From an uncultured Nitrospiraceae bacterium (GTDB taxonomy: Bacteria; Nitrospirota; Thermodesulfovibrionia; Thermodesulfovibrionales; UBA6898), in contig CAWEQH010000001.1 of NCBI GenBank assembly GCA_963811165.1, forward strand, positions 352,001 to 416,000: 64,000 nucleotides of DNA, given 5' to 3'. A program made the translations under genes and the position numbers. The notes under the pieces were generated by a model. It saw nothing but the letters and a program-made list of their open reading frames with translations, was not told the origin of the DNA and searched no databases. Below, one piece after another: positions 18,166-28,227 of the stretch; the stretch's first letter is position 1, and every line of letters begins with the position of its first letter.

Positions 18166-20226
18166 ATGTTCGACAAGAAACTGAAACTTCACTCTCGGAT
18201 CCTCAACCACATCGCAGACGGTATCTGCTTCGTCGGCAGTGACAGAAAGGTCCTTTACTGGAATGAAGGGGCGGCTGCAATCACCGGTTTCTCTCCGGAA
18301 GATGTGGTCGGCGGGGACTGTTATACCGATCTGCTCGGTCATGAAGACGAAAAAGGCAATGCCCTCTGTGACCTTGGGTGTCCGTTGACGGCCGCCACGG
18401 AGAGCGGTCCCCTCAGGAGAAACCTCTTCCTAAGGGCCAAAGACGGCAGAAAGATCCTGGTAGAGGAGCACATCTCCTCTTTGTATGAGAGGGGAAAACT
18501 GGCCGGCGTGATCATCGCTTTCAGGGAGGTCTCGGCCTTCATGGGCCTTAGACCCTTTCAACTGCGGACACAAAAGATGGAACGCCTTATCCCGATCTGC
18601 GGATGGTGCAAGAAGATAAGGGGGGGGACCGGGACATGGGAGCAGCTGGAGGCCTTTCTGGCGGATGAGGGGTTCGGAGATTTTACCCACTCAATGTGCC
18701 CTGCATGCGCGGAAAAGATATTCACGAAGAAAATCTATATGGAGAACTACCAAAATATATGCAAGTCGATAAGCACGAGCCTTTCTTTGGAGGAAGTCCT
18801 GAAGCTCATCGTGACGAACGTGGTCAGGGTCATGAACGTGAAGGCAAGCCTCCTTAGGCTCCTGAACAAAGAGACCAACCGGCTCGAGCTCGCGGCCTAC
18901 CACGGCCTGAGTGCGAGTTATGCGAACAAGGGGCCCGTCGAATACGACGCGAGTATCGATGACGCCCTGGCAGGTAAGCCCGTGTCCATCTACGATATCA
19001 CGGCAGACGGGAACGCAAAGTACGGGAAAGAAGCTGAAAGAGAAGGCATACGGAGCATCCTCTCTATCCCGCTTAGGTTCAAGGACACAGTGATCGGTGT
19101 GCTGAGGATGTATACCGCCGAGCCTGTAGAATATTCAGATGAGGACCTCAAGTTCGTAGCCGCGATCGCCGAGCAGGCCGCCATCGCGATCATGAACGCC
19201 CGCATGTTCGAAACGTCCGTTTCAAGGGAGAGGGAATATCTGAACGTCTTTCAGACGGTGACGGATGCGGTGAGCGGGACGCTCAACGTAAGTGAGGTCC
19301 TCGACCTGATCGTCAAGAAGATCCCCGAGGTCCTTCACCTCAAGGGGGCAACGATCCGCCTCCTCAACGAGACCGGCACCGAACTGAAACTTGTTGCCGC
19401 CCATGGCCTCAGCGAGAAATACCTCAATAAGGGACCGGTCGACACCGAGGAGAATGTCAGGGCCGCCCTGAATGAAAACCCGGCAGCGATCAATGACGCC
19501 GCCACCGACCCGAGGATACGATACAAGAAAGAGGCCGAAGAGGAGGGCATAAAGAGCATGCTTACCCTCCCGATCGTTGCCCGGGGAAAGGTCATCGGCG
19601 TCCTGAGGCTTTTGACCGGATATCCGCGGAATTTTTCAGCCGAGGAGATAGATTTTGCGGCCTCCCTTGCCAAGCAATGCGGCGCTGCAATAGAGAACGC
19701 CCGGCTGTATGAAGGGCAGTACCGGGAGATACAGTACCTAAAGACGATACAGGAAGTCTCCAGGGCGATCAGTTCAACCCTGAACGTCAGGGAGGTCCTG
19801 GATATGATAGTCCAAAAAATACCCCGTATCATGAATACGAAGGCGGCGACGATCAGGCTCCTTGACGGTTCCGGGAAGAAACTCGAACTCGTCGCTTCCC
19901 ACGGCCTTAGCGAACGGTACCTGAACCGGGGACCCGTCGACGCCGAGGAGAGCATGTCACTCGCCCTTGAGGGAAGTCCGCTTGCCATTTATGACGCTAC
20001 GACAGACCCGAGGATCTTTTACCGTGACGCTGCAAGGGAAGAAGGAATAAAGAGCATGCTTGTGGTGCCTATCGTTGTGTTGGGAAGGGTCATCGGCATC
20101 ATGCGGCTCCTGACTGAGGAATATCGCTTGTTCCGGCAGGAGGAGATAGAGTTTGCGGTTGCCCTTGCCGAACAGGGCGGCATCGCCATTGAAAACGCCA
20201 GAATGTATGAGAAGACGAAAAAGTGA
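18166..20226 (+). CDS. PAS + Cys-motif + triple GAF domain protein
   Basis: WNEGAAAITGF PAS; PICGWCKKIR...THSMCPAC; three tandem GAF repeats, each ending AIxNAR. Confidence 0.85.
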   Translation: MFDKKLKLHSRILNHIADGICFVGSDRKVLYWNEGAAAITGFSPEDVVGGDCYTDLLGHEDEKGNALCDLGCPLTAATESGPLRRNLFLRAKDGRKILVEEHISSLYERGKLAGVIIAFREVSAFMGLRPFQLRTQKMERLIPICGWCKKIRGGTGTWEQLEAFLADEGFGDFTHSMCPACAEKIFTKKIYMENYQNICKSISTSLSLEEVLKLIVTNVVRVMNVKASLLRLLNKETNRLELAAYHGLSASYANKGPVEYDASIDDALAGKPVSIYDITADGNAKYGKEAEREGIRSILSIPLRFKDTVIGVLRMYTAEPVEYSDEDLKFVAAIAEQAAIAIMNARMFETSVSREREYLNVFQTVTDAVSGTLNVSEVLDLIVKKIPEVLHLKGATIRLLNETGTELKLVAAHGLSEKYLNKGPVDTEENVRAALNENPAAINDAATDPRIRYKKEAEEEGIKSMLTLPIVARGKVIGVLRLLTGYPRNFSAEEIDFAASLAKQCGAAIENARLYEGQYREIQYLKTIQEVSRAISSTLNVREVLDMIVQKIPRIMNTKAATIRLLDGSGKKLELVASHGLSERYLNRGPVDAEESMSLALEGSPLAIYDATTDPRIFYRDAAREEGIKSMLVVPIVVLGRVIGIMRLLTEEYRLFRQEEIEFAVALAEQGGIAIENARMYEKTKK

Positions 20227-20272
20227 GAGCGGGCCGGGGTGCTGCTATTTGAGGTAGTGTTGACGAAGTCGA

Positions 20273-20602
20273 CTATTGGTTATCTTTATTGCCCAAGTAA
20301 TCGCCGAGCATCCCCCTGCTATGCTCGTCCTCGTGGCAATAGATACAGAGATTTTCCCAGTTGGAGCCATCCTGGGGATTATTTCTGTGGTTGCCGTCTT
20401 TGTGATGGACGGTCAAAAGATGCCGGTCTTTGTATTCAAACTCCCTGCCGCATTTCGCGCAGATGAGCCCGTGTATTTTAAGAGACTGCTCCCTGTAATC
20501 GTTTGGCGGAGCAGAAGCCTGCTTTAGTTCCCGCGCGATCTCTTCTGCGGATTTCCCGCTTCCGTGTATCTTCCTGAGATCACCGAGTCGTCTGCGCCTC
20601 AC
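20273..20602 (-). CDS. YajD-family HNH nuclease
   Basis: YREQSLK...CAKCGREF...TVHHKDGNH.NNP.DGSNWENLCIYCHEDEH. Confidence 0.85.
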   Translation of the reverse strand: MRRRRLGDLRKIHGSGKSAEEIARELKQASAPPNDYREQSLKIHGLICAKCGREFEYKDRHLLTVHHKDGNHRNNPQDGSNWENLCIYCHEDEHSRGMLGDYLGNKDNQ

Positions 20603-20609
20603 GTATTCC

Positions 20610-20813
20610 TCACCGTCCCTGCTTTCTCCTTGCGGTAACGGTCTCCCCTCCTATCCCCCAATTGTCCGTCTCTACTTCCTCGATCACGACTACTGTAGTC
20701 TGGGGGTTCTTCCCCAAAACATCCGCCAGCAGCCGGGTCACTCCCTGAATAAGCGCTGCCTTTTTTTCCGGCGGCGCCCCGTCTTTTGTGATCTTGATAT
20801 TCACGTAAGGCAT
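20610..20813 (-). CDS. 4-oxalocrotonate tautomerase family protein
   Basis: N-terminal Pro (MPYVNIK), EVETDNWGIGGE. Confidence 0.9.
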   Translation of the reverse strand: MPYVNIKITKDGAPPEKKAALIQGVTRLLADVLGKNPQTTVVVIEEVETDNWGIGGETVTARRKQGR

Positions 20814-20839
20814 ACGCACCTCCCTAGAAATTCACCAGG

Positions 20840-21490
20840 TCACTTACAGTTTTTTGCCAGCTCCTCAAAGGAGCTGCGCCAGGACCCAGACAGGGCCGGG
20901 ACATCAAGGACCTTCCCGATGCCCTCGCAATTCTTCCTGTCATGATGATAGATGCTGTTTGCAAACGCTACGGATATTTTATGCCGGTCTCTCTCTTTGA
21001 GTATAAAGGGACTGTTTTTCTCCACCTTCCCTTCTTCTAAAACCCGGCAGTAAAATCCGGTGCGTCCTGAATCCACTACCAGCTTGACCATATCCGCCCT
21101 GCCGTATCGGGCCGCCAGGGTCGAGCAGGGTTGCCGGGGCTGGGAGACCTGGACAGTTGCCGTCCCCAGTTCAAAGATATCGCCGATGCAGACGTCCTCC
21201 TCAATAATACCCCTGGTGGTGAGGTTTTCGCCGAATGCGGCAACCGGCAATAGTATGCCGAGTACATCTTCCCAGTAAGGATAATGGTCGAACCCATAGA
21301 GACAGACCGCCTTGTCACGGCCGCCATGGTGCTTCATGTCCCCCACGCCGTCACCCTCGAATCCAAGGCCCCTCAGGCGTATCGGTCCGGGAACAGGGGT
21401 TTTGCACATACCGGTGAGTATCTCTTTGCCGGAAAATATTTCCTTCTTCGGCAGTCCGATATTAAGCGATTCAATCTTTACGTGTTTCAT
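20840..21490 (-). CDS. MOSC domain protein (YiiM-like)
   Basis: HGGRDKAV, FGENLT, SQPRQPC, RTGFY. Confidence 0.9.
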   Translation of the reverse strand: MKHVKIESLNIGLPKKEIFSGKEILTGMCKTPVPGPIRLRGLGFEGDGVGDMKHHGGRDKAVCLYGFDHYPYWEDVLGILLPVAAFGENLTTRGIIEEDVCIGDIFELGTATVQVSQPRQPCSTLAARYGRADMVKLVVDSGRTGFYCRVLEEGKVEKNSPFILKERDRHKISVAFANSIYHHDRKNCEGIGKVLDVPALSGSWRSSFEELAKNCK

Positions 21491-21609
21491 ATATCCATGG
21501 TAGGTGAAAGGACGGAAGTTATCAAGGGCAAGGGAGAAAAATAAATTTCCTTTCGGGGAGAAATAAAAAGGCCGTGTCGCCACGGCCTTTTAGGAACTGA
21601 TGTCCGAAA

Positions 21610-21969
21610 CTAAACCTTGAAAGGATTCACAAAGAGCAGGATCAACGCCACGACAAGGGCGTAAATCGCGAGGGACTCGATCATGGCAAGACCGATGATC
21701 AGGGTCGTTGTGATCTTTCCGGATGCGCCGGGGTTTCTTGCGATACCCTCTGTGGCGCCCTTCAGGCCCATTCCCTGGCCGATACTTGCACCGAAGGCCG
21801 CAATCCCTATTGCGAGGCCGCAGGCGAGCGCCGCTACCCCGTAATACTTGAGTTTTGCGTCTCCCGGCGCAGCGACTGCTCCGGCTGCCGCCTCTTCTGC
21901 GAATACCACAGGTGCAAGCAGGACGACCAGTGACAATACCAGAAGAATTACTGAGATGGTTTTCTTCAT
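21610..21969 (-). CDS. atpE: ATP synthase F0 subunit c
   Basis: [19 protein letters not shown]-terminal signal-like extension. Confidence 0.95.
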   Translation of the reverse strand: MKKTISVILLVLSLVVLLAPVVFAEEAAAGAVAAPGDAKLKYYGVAALACGLAIGIAAFGASIGQGMGLKGATEGIARNPGASGKITTTLIIGLAMIESLAIYALVVALILLFVNPFKV

Positions 21970-22000
21970 GTTTCTTTCCTCCTTTCTCAAGGACTTTGGA

Positions 22001-22687
22001 TTAATGTGCCTCTTCTACGGCACCAGCAAGATAAAGCGCTGTCAAGAGGGTGAAGACAAACGCCTGGATTACACTTACGAGCACGCCCAGAATAAGTATT
22101 ATTACCGGAACGACCCAGGGTGAAAGGATCGCGAGCACGCCGATGATGTAATGCTTTGCGATCATATTGCCGAAAAGCCTGACCGATAGCGTCAGCGGCC
22201 TGGCGATGTGTCCGATGAATTCAATGACAAACATCAGGATCATAAGAGGAAGTGCAAATATCGAACGTATAGGGCCGAGGAAGTGCTTGATGTAACCAAA
22301 TCCATGGACGTATACGCCATAGACATGGGTGGCCAGAAAAACGGGTATCGCCATCGCGGCATTAGTGTTGATATTGCTTGTAGGCGACATAAAGCCGGGG
22401 ATCAGACCCATGAAATTGGAGACCAAGATAAAAAGAAAGAGCGTTCCCACCAGAGGGAAGAGGGGCCTTGCCCAGTGATGACCGATGTTTTCCTCAGCGA
22501 GGTTCAGGAGGGCTTCAATAATCGTTTCCACAACATTTTGCGCCCCGCTCGGTATGAGTTTAAGCGAGCTCCTCACGATTAATGCGAGCCCTATCAAAAG
22601 GAGGGAAGCGAGGAATGCGTAAGAGACATAATGCGGGACCACTTCGGGATTGAAGAATATATCCATTAAAAGTTTTTCTTCGTGCAT
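22001..22687 (-). CDS. atpB: ATP synthase F0 subunit a
   Basis: [30 protein letters not shown]. Confidence 0.95.
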   Translation of the reverse strand: MHEEKLLMDIFFNPEVVPHYVSYAFLASLLLIGLALIVRSSLKLIPSGAQNVVETIIEALLNLAEENIGHHWARPLFPLVGTLFLFILVSNFMGLIPGFMSPTSNINTNAAMAIPVFLATHVYGVYVHGFGYIKHFLGPIRSIFALPLMILMFVIEFIGHIARPLTLSVRLFGNMIAKHYIIGVLAILSPWVVPVIILILGVLVSVIQAFVFTLLTALYLAGAVEEAH

Positions 22688-22851
22688 AAGGTGCCTCCTT
22701 CTTGAAAAATCCGTGTAATGTTACAAAAGGCAAGCGGTAAATGTCAACACCAAAGATAAAAAAACTTGCTTTTTCTAATTTGATAATGTATTAATAATTA
22801 AAATTAATATGCGGATTGGATAAAACTAATTATAATATGGCAAGAGGAACA

Positions 22852-23271
22852 ATGAGAAGAGACCTGAGCGAAGAAGAAAAAAAGGAGATGCCGCTTTACC
22901 CGATCGGAATCGTTGCGGAACTGATCGGCACCACTGACCAGACCCTGAGACTTTATGAAAAGCACGGACTCATTAAACCTGCAAGGAGGAACAAAAACAG
23001 GTTTTACTCCGAAAACGACATAAAGTGGCTGAGGTGTTTGAGGGAACTTATCCATCACAAGAAGATCAGCATCGAGGGAATAAAAAAACTTCTCGACTAC
23101 GCTCCGTGCTGGGAAATAACGGCCTGCACCGACGACAGAAAGAACAAATGCTCGGCCTATATAGACAGGACAAAGCCCTGCTGGGAGCTTAACCGGATGA
23201 TCTGTAATACCCAATCCGGCCGGATCTGCGAGGACTGCATCGTCTATATCTCCAAGAAGGCCGCTAAGTAA
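22852..23271 (+). CDS. MerR-family regulator with Cys-rich two-CW C-terminal domain
   Basis: YPIGIVAELIG...TLRLYEKHGLIKP; CWE...C...C.AY...CWE...C...CEDC. Confidence 0.85.
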   Translation: MRRDLSEEEKKEMPLYPIGIVAELIGTTDQTLRLYEKHGLIKPARRNKNRFYSENDIKWLRCLRELIHHKKISIEGIKKLLDYAPCWEITACTDDRKNKCSAYIDRTKPCWELNRMICNTQSGRICEDCIVYISKKAAK

Positions 23272-23283
23272 GAAGTTCCCGCG

Positions 23284-25587
23284 TCAATCGAAGTCTATTC
23301 GGGAAGGCTCCTTAATCTCCAAAAGAGACTTTGAGGGCGAGAGCTGTCTGGGCTGAGTGCCCTCCTTAAAATATTCCCTGATGCCCGATTCATCGCGTGA
23401 AAGCAGGCCCGTCTTCGGATCTATCACGGAGGATACAATGCCCTCCGGCACCGCAAACTCTTCGGAGCCGCCGCCCCGCAGCGCATTTTGCATAAAGGAA
23501 ACCCATATCGGAGACGCCGCCCTCGCCCCCGTCTCAAGAGGACCAAGTGTCTTAAAGTTGTCGAACCCCACCCATACGCAGGAAACAAGGTTTGAGCTGT
23601 AGCCGACAAACCAGGCGTCTTTATAATCGTTGGTAGTCCCGGTCTTCCCTGCAACAGGCAGCCCGAGCGCTTTGGCGCGCCAGCCTGTCCCGTACTTCAC
23701 GACGTCTTCCATCATCGAGGTTATCAAAAAAGTCGTCTGGGGGCTTAGGACCTGCTCGGGTTCGGGCTCGTTGCTCTCCAATATCCTGCCCTTTTTGTCC
23801 GTGACATATTTAATAGAAATCGGTTTTACCTTCATTCCGTTGCTTGCAAAAAGATCATAGACCATAGCAAGTTGGAACGGGGTGATATTGAAAGACCCGA
23901 GCGCCACACTGAGATTGCGCGGGATGTCCCCCTCGAAACCGATCGTCCGGGCGAAGTTTAAAAGGTTGTCGATGCCCATCGCATCGACAACCTTCACCGT
24001 GACGACGTTCCTCGAATACGTCAGCGCCTCTCGAAGACGGGTAGGTCCGTAGAATTTATGGTCATAGTTTTCCGGCGTCCATTCTCCTTTTTGGCCTCCC
24101 ATGTAAGATACCGGCTCGTCATTGATGATGCTTGCCGGAGTGAAGCCGTTGTCCATTGCCGCCGCGTAGATGACCGGTTTGAACGCCGATCCGGGTTGCC
24201 GCTTGGCGAGTATGACCCTGTTGAAATCGCTGCGGGTGAAATCATACCCCCCCACCATGGCCCTGATGAAGCCGGAATAGGGCTCGACGGAGATCAGGGC
24301 CCCCTCCACCTCAGGGTCCTGCTCGAGCGCGAGTTGGATGTTATTGTTGAGGATACTCTTGATGCTTACCTTTACGACGTCGCCCGGACTTAATATCTTC
24401 GACAAGGTAAAGTTACGTATCATCTTTGACACGCCGTTTTTGGTAAGGGTCTTCGATGCCCAGACGGCGTCTTTTATCCCGAGTTTTCCTATGACGCCAC
24501 GGGTTTTGATGAGGGCGTCCTTATCAGAGACCTTCAGAACAAGGCCGGAATAAATATCGCCCGGGTTTATCGCCACTGTCCCTGAAAGCTCTTTCGTTTT
24601 GAGTTCCTTTTCGAAATCCGTATCTTTTTTGTGCTCAAGCGGGCCGCGCCAGCCCCTTCTCTTGTCCACCTCCTTAAGTCCTGCCTGCACCGCGTTTACC
24701 GCAGAGACCTGCATCCCCCTGTTTAGGGTGGTATATACCTTCAGCCCGCTCTTATATACGGTGTCGACGCCGTATTTCTCTTCGAGGTATTTCTTCACAT
24801 AATCGATGAAATAGCTGTTTGCCTCTATGCCTTTTTTGGGGCTCGACAGATAAAGCGGCTGCCGGGATGCGGCTTCCCTTTCTGATTTATTGATGTACCC
24901 TTCCTCCTCCATCCGGGACAAAACAGTGGCCTGTCTGTCCTTTGCCTTTGATAGGTCGTTAAAAGGCGAATAGAGGGTAGGCGCCTTTACGAGACCGGCT
25001 ATAAGAGAGGCCTCGGCCAGTGTCAGGTGTCTCACGGATTTGCCGAAATACACTTTTGACGCCATCTCCACTCCGTAAGCCCCGTGGCCGAAATAGACCT
25101 TATTCAGATACAGTTCCAGTATCTCTTTCTTACTGAGGGTTTTTTCTATCTTTATCGCAAGCGAGGCCTCCATCAATTTCCTCTTTAAGGTCTTCTCGGG
25201 GCTCAGAAAAACTACTTTGGCCAACTGCTGGGTGAGTGTGCTGCCGCCTTCCTTGAGGCTGGCGTGGATGACGTCCTTGACGACGGCCCTCGCTATCGCG
25301 ATATAGTCTATCCCCTTATGTTTCCAGAACCTGGAGTCTTCAACAGCGATAATGGCGTTGATCATATTTTTGGGCATGCTCTCCAGCGGGACGAAGATGC
25401 CCTTCTCTATCTTCAGTTCACCGATCAATACATCGTCGTCGGAGTAAATCTTCGTCCCTTCCACGTGATGATATTGCTTAAGTTCTTCAATCGAAGGTAT
25501 CCCCTTCGCTATTGCGATATAGCCGCCCGCAATGCCCCCCAAAAGAAGCGCGGCTAACGTGAAAACGATGATTAACCTGTATTTCAT
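23284..25587 (-). CDS. mrcA: Penicillin-binding protein 1A
   Basis: EDSRF, GGSTLTQQL, RKLME transglycosylase motifs; SAFK, SRN, KTG transpeptidase motifs. Confidence 0.92.
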   Translation of the reverse strand: MKYRLIIVFTLAALLLGGIAGGYIAIAKGIPSIEELKQYHHVEGTKIYSDDDVLIGELKIEKGIFVPLESMPKNMINAIIAVEDSRFWKHKGIDYIAIARAVVKDVIHASLKEGGSTLTQQLAKVVFLSPEKTLKRKLMEASLAIKIEKTLSKKEILELYLNKVYFGHGAYGVEMASKVYFGKSVRHLTLAEASLIAGLVKAPTLYSPFNDLSKAKDRQATVLSRMEEEGYINKSEREAASRQPLYLSSPKKGIEANSYFIDYVKKYLEEKYGVDTVYKSGLKVYTTLNRGMQVSAVNAVQAGLKEVDKRRGWRGPLEHKKDTDFEKELKTKELSGTVAINPGDIYSGLVLKVSDKDALIKTRGVIGKLGIKDAVWASKTLTKNGVSKMIRNFTLSKILSPGDVVKVSIKSILNNNIQLALEQDPEVEGALISVEPYSGFIRAMVGGYDFTRSDFNRVILAKRQPGSAFKPVIYAAAMDNGFTPASIINDEPVSYMGGQKGEWTPENYDHKFYGPTRLREALTYSRNVVTVKVVDAMGIDNLLNFARTIGFEGDIPRNLSVALGSFNITPFQLAMVYDLFASNGMKVKPISIKYVTDKKGRILESNEPEPEQVLSPQTTFLITSMMEDVVKYGTGWRAKALGLPVAGKTGTTNDYKDAWFVGYSSNLVSCVWVGFDNFKTLGPLETGARAASPIWVSFMQNALRGGGSEEFAVPEGIVSSVIDPKTGLLSRDESGIREYFKEGTQPRQLSPSKSLLEIKEPSRIDFD

Positions 25588-25640
25588 GGCAATTTTAATT
25601 ATAACCCCGCGCCCGAAATGCTGTCAAAATGACCGGAAAA

Positions 25641-27620
25641 TCAGCCGATCAGTTTCAGGATAAAGTTCACTCCTCCGCCGATAAGAAGGGCAAAAGTCGT
25701 GATAAGGGAAAACATGAGGAAGGCGGTCTTTGCCCCCCGCTCCTTGATGATCATGAACAAGCTTGCCAGACAAGGGACAAAGAGGGTCAGCGTAATAATG
25801 CTCACTATTATCTGGTCGGTGCTTAGGAGGCCCTGTTTGGAGAGCTGAAAGAGGCCTGCAGCGCCGTAGTCTCTTCTTAGGAACCCCAGAATCAGGACGC
25901 TCGTTGTTTTTTCAGGCAGGCCCAGAAAGCTGACAACGACGGGAGACGCGGCGCTTTCGAGCCATCTTAAGACATTTGTTTTGTCCAGGACAAAGAGCAC
26001 AAAGGTGCCGAGGACAAATAACGGTACCGCTTCCTTAAGGTACCACTCGATCCTTCCCGCGGTCTTCATGAGGATATTGCCCATTCGCGGAAGCCTGATG
26101 GGGGGTATCTCGAGAAAAAAGTCCGCCTTTTCTCCCGGTACTACTAGCGAGGCGATATACCCTCCAAGCATCAGGACCGAAATGACCGCACCCCCCCACC
26201 ACAGAGCAACTTTAAGGGGATAGGGGCCGAGCATTCCCAGTATTACCCCCAGCTGGGCAGAGCAGGGGATGGCTAGGGCTATAAGGAACGTCGCGATAAT
26301 CCTTTCTCTTTTTGTCTCGAGTATCCTCGTGGTCATGGTAGCCATCGTCCCGCACCCGAGTCCCAGAACCATAGGAAGCACCGCCTTCCCGTTCAATCCT
26401 ATCTTCGAAAAAGCGCTGTTTGCGAGGACCGCGATCCTGGGCAGATACCCGCTGTCTTCAAGGAATCCGAATGCGACAAAGAAAGTCGCGGTTATCGGGA
26501 GGATTATCGCAACTGCGTAAGTTATCGCCATAGTAAACATTCCGTACTGGCCGACAAAAAAGTCCTGAGCCAGGGTGAAGGGTATGAGGTACCTGACCGC
26601 TTTTATCATTCCCGGGCTTATATATCGGCCGAATATGACTTCTTCGAAAAAATTGACTAATATTCCGGCGCCGAATTTCCCCACGAACTCGTAAAAGCAA
26701 AAAAGTGCAAATATGAGGAAAAAGACGCCCCAGAAAGGATGCATAGACCACTTGCCTATCCATTGGGCCGTCTGTCCTGCGCGGGCGCCGCTTTTTTCCA
26801 TAACCGCCCCGACTATTTTTTCCGACATCTCTATCCTCTTTCTGGAGATGACGGTTGCGACCTGCTCTTTTTGCTTTGTTTGGGCCTCGTCTCTTATGTC
26901 CTCGATCTCTTTGATCTTGTCGGAGTTGAGATTGGCGATGAACCACCCTCTCATGCTGTCGTCGCCGGAGAGGACCATAAGGGCCAGGGCCCGCTTCGAG
27001 ATGCTTGCATCGGGCAACAGCGCCGAGACCCTGTCGACGTATTTTTCGATACTGTCTCCGTAATGCGTGTTGATTTTCGGTTTCGTGGGGGTAAGAAGCG
27101 CCTCTTTCAGTTTCGGGATGCCTTTTCTTTGGGGGGCGACCGTGGCTATGACCTTAATGCCGAGCATTTCCTCAAGCTTTTTGTAATCTATCTCGATCCC
27201 CCTGGCGGTAGCCTCGTCTTCCATGTTCAATGCTAGGATACACGGCAGGCCCATTTCAGCGAGTTGGAGCAGGAGCATGAGGGCCCTTTTCAGATTTTTT
27301 GAATCAGCAACCAGGACGACGTTTTCCGGCCTTTCGGCAAGGAGAATATCACGCGTGACGCGTTCATCCTCGCTCATCGGCACGAAGCTGTTTACCCCCG
27401 GGGAATCGACGATAAGCATCCTCTTGCCGTCAAGGCTGAGGTTGCCGTGTGAGACCTCCACGGTCGTACCTGGATAGTTAGAGACAGTAACGTATTTCCC
27501 TGTCAGAAGACCGAAGATAACGCTTTTGCCCACATTTGGGTTGCCGACCAGAACGACCCTGCCGTATTTCTGTTTTTTCTTTTCCTCTTTTACCGCTTTT
27601 ACGTCCCGCATTTTTTGCAA
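25641..27620 (-). CDS. feoB: Ferrous iron transporter B
   Basis: GNPNVGKS, NYPGTTVE, DSPG, LEDSGYLPR, GLGC, PCSAQ. Confidence 0.95.
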   Translation of the reverse strand: MQKMRDVKAVKEEKKKQKYGRVVLVGNPNVGKSVIFGLLTGKYVTVSNYPGTTVEVSHGNLSLDGKRMLIVDSPGVNSFVPMSEDERVTRDILLAERPENVVLVADSKNLKRALMLLLQLAEMGLPCILALNMEDEATARGIEIDYKKLEEMLGIKVIATVAPQRKGIPKLKEALLTPTKPKINTHYGDSIEKYVDRVSALLPDASISKRALALMVLSGDDSMRGWFIANLNSDKIKEIEDIRDEAQTKQKEQVATVISRKRIEMSEKIVGAVMEKSGARAGQTAQWIGKWSMHPFWGVFFLIFALFCFYEFVGKFGAGILVNFFEEVIFGRYISPGMIKAVRYLIPFTLAQDFFVGQYGMFTMAITYAVAIILPITATFFVAFGFLEDSGYLPRIAVLANSAFSKIGLNGKAVLPMVLGLGCGTMATMTTRILETKRERIIATFLIALAIPCSAQLGVILGMLGPYPLKVALWWGGAVISVLMLGGYIASLVVPGEKADFFLEIPPIRLPRMGNILMKTAGRIEWYLKEAVPLFVLGTFVLFVLDKTNVLRWLESAASPVVVSFLGLPEKTTSVLILGFLRRDYGAAGLFQLSKQGLLSTDQIIVSIITLTLFVPCLASLFMIIKERGAKTAFLMFSLITTFALLIGGGVNFILKLIG

Positions 27621-28021
27621 TGTCCCCTTATCTCAAGCATATGGCTTGATCCGGCGAAACTGTTTTTTTTGCAGATCTCGTCCTGGAGGTTCTCCAGTTT
27701 CTCGGAATAGAATTCTATGATCTCCCCGCAGCCTTCGCAGATCATATGATCGTGATGCGTATGTCCGTACGTGTGTTCGTAGATATTGCCTTTATCGGTC
27801 CTGGTGACCCGGTTGACGAGACCACACTCCACAAGAAGGCTCAACGTCCTGTACACCGACGCCCGCGACGCCTTGGACCCGGAGTCCTTTATCCGTAAAT
27901 AGAGGTATTCGGGATCAAAATGACCGTGGAAGGAGTAGACCTCGCTGAGGACCGCGGTGCGCTCCTTAGTGAGTTTCAGTCCCTTCCCCCCGAGAAAATT
28001 ACGAAAGATCAGATTTTCCAT
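27599..28021 (-). CDS. fur: Fur-family transcriptional regulator
   Basis: TKER, ASVYRTL, HHDHMICEGCG, CKKC. Confidence 0.92.
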   Translation of the reverse strand: MENLIFRNFLGGKGLKLTKERTAVLSEVYSFHGHFDPEYLYLRIKDSGSKASRASVYRTLSLLVECGLVNRVTRTDKGNIYEHTYGHTHHDHMICEGCGEIIEFYSEKLENLQDEICKKNSFAGSSHMLEIRGHCKKCGT

Positions 28022-28037
28022 TTGGTTAGTCTAACTG

Positions 28038-28059
28038 AAATTGAGACTGAATTGCAATT
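28038..28059. promoter_or_regulatory. Putative Fur box upstream of fur-feoB
   Basis: AATTGAGACTGAATTGCAATT imperfect palindrome ~17 bp upstream of fur. Confidence 0.6.
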
Positions 28060-28227
28060 AGACCGTGCATACATTGGGCGAAGGCCCTCGGGAAGGATGC
28101 CGTCAACGCGGGTTTTTGCAATTTTACATTTATTTTGCATTTGTGCTAAGGTTAAAAATTGGTTTCGGGTACTTCGTGCCGGAACGGCTTTACGCTACGC
28201 TGAACAGTTTTCCTTTGGAGGCTCAAG

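Noticed and set aside
18061..18342. Overlapping N-terminal extensions of the HD and PAS-GAF ORFs
   Set aside because: Artefact of longest-ORF calling; plausible starts (18060 minus, 18166 plus) leave a normal divergent promoter gap.
20273..20602. Mobile homing or defence HNH nuclease
   Set aside because: Matches the conserved chromosomal YajD-type pattern, with no mobile context.
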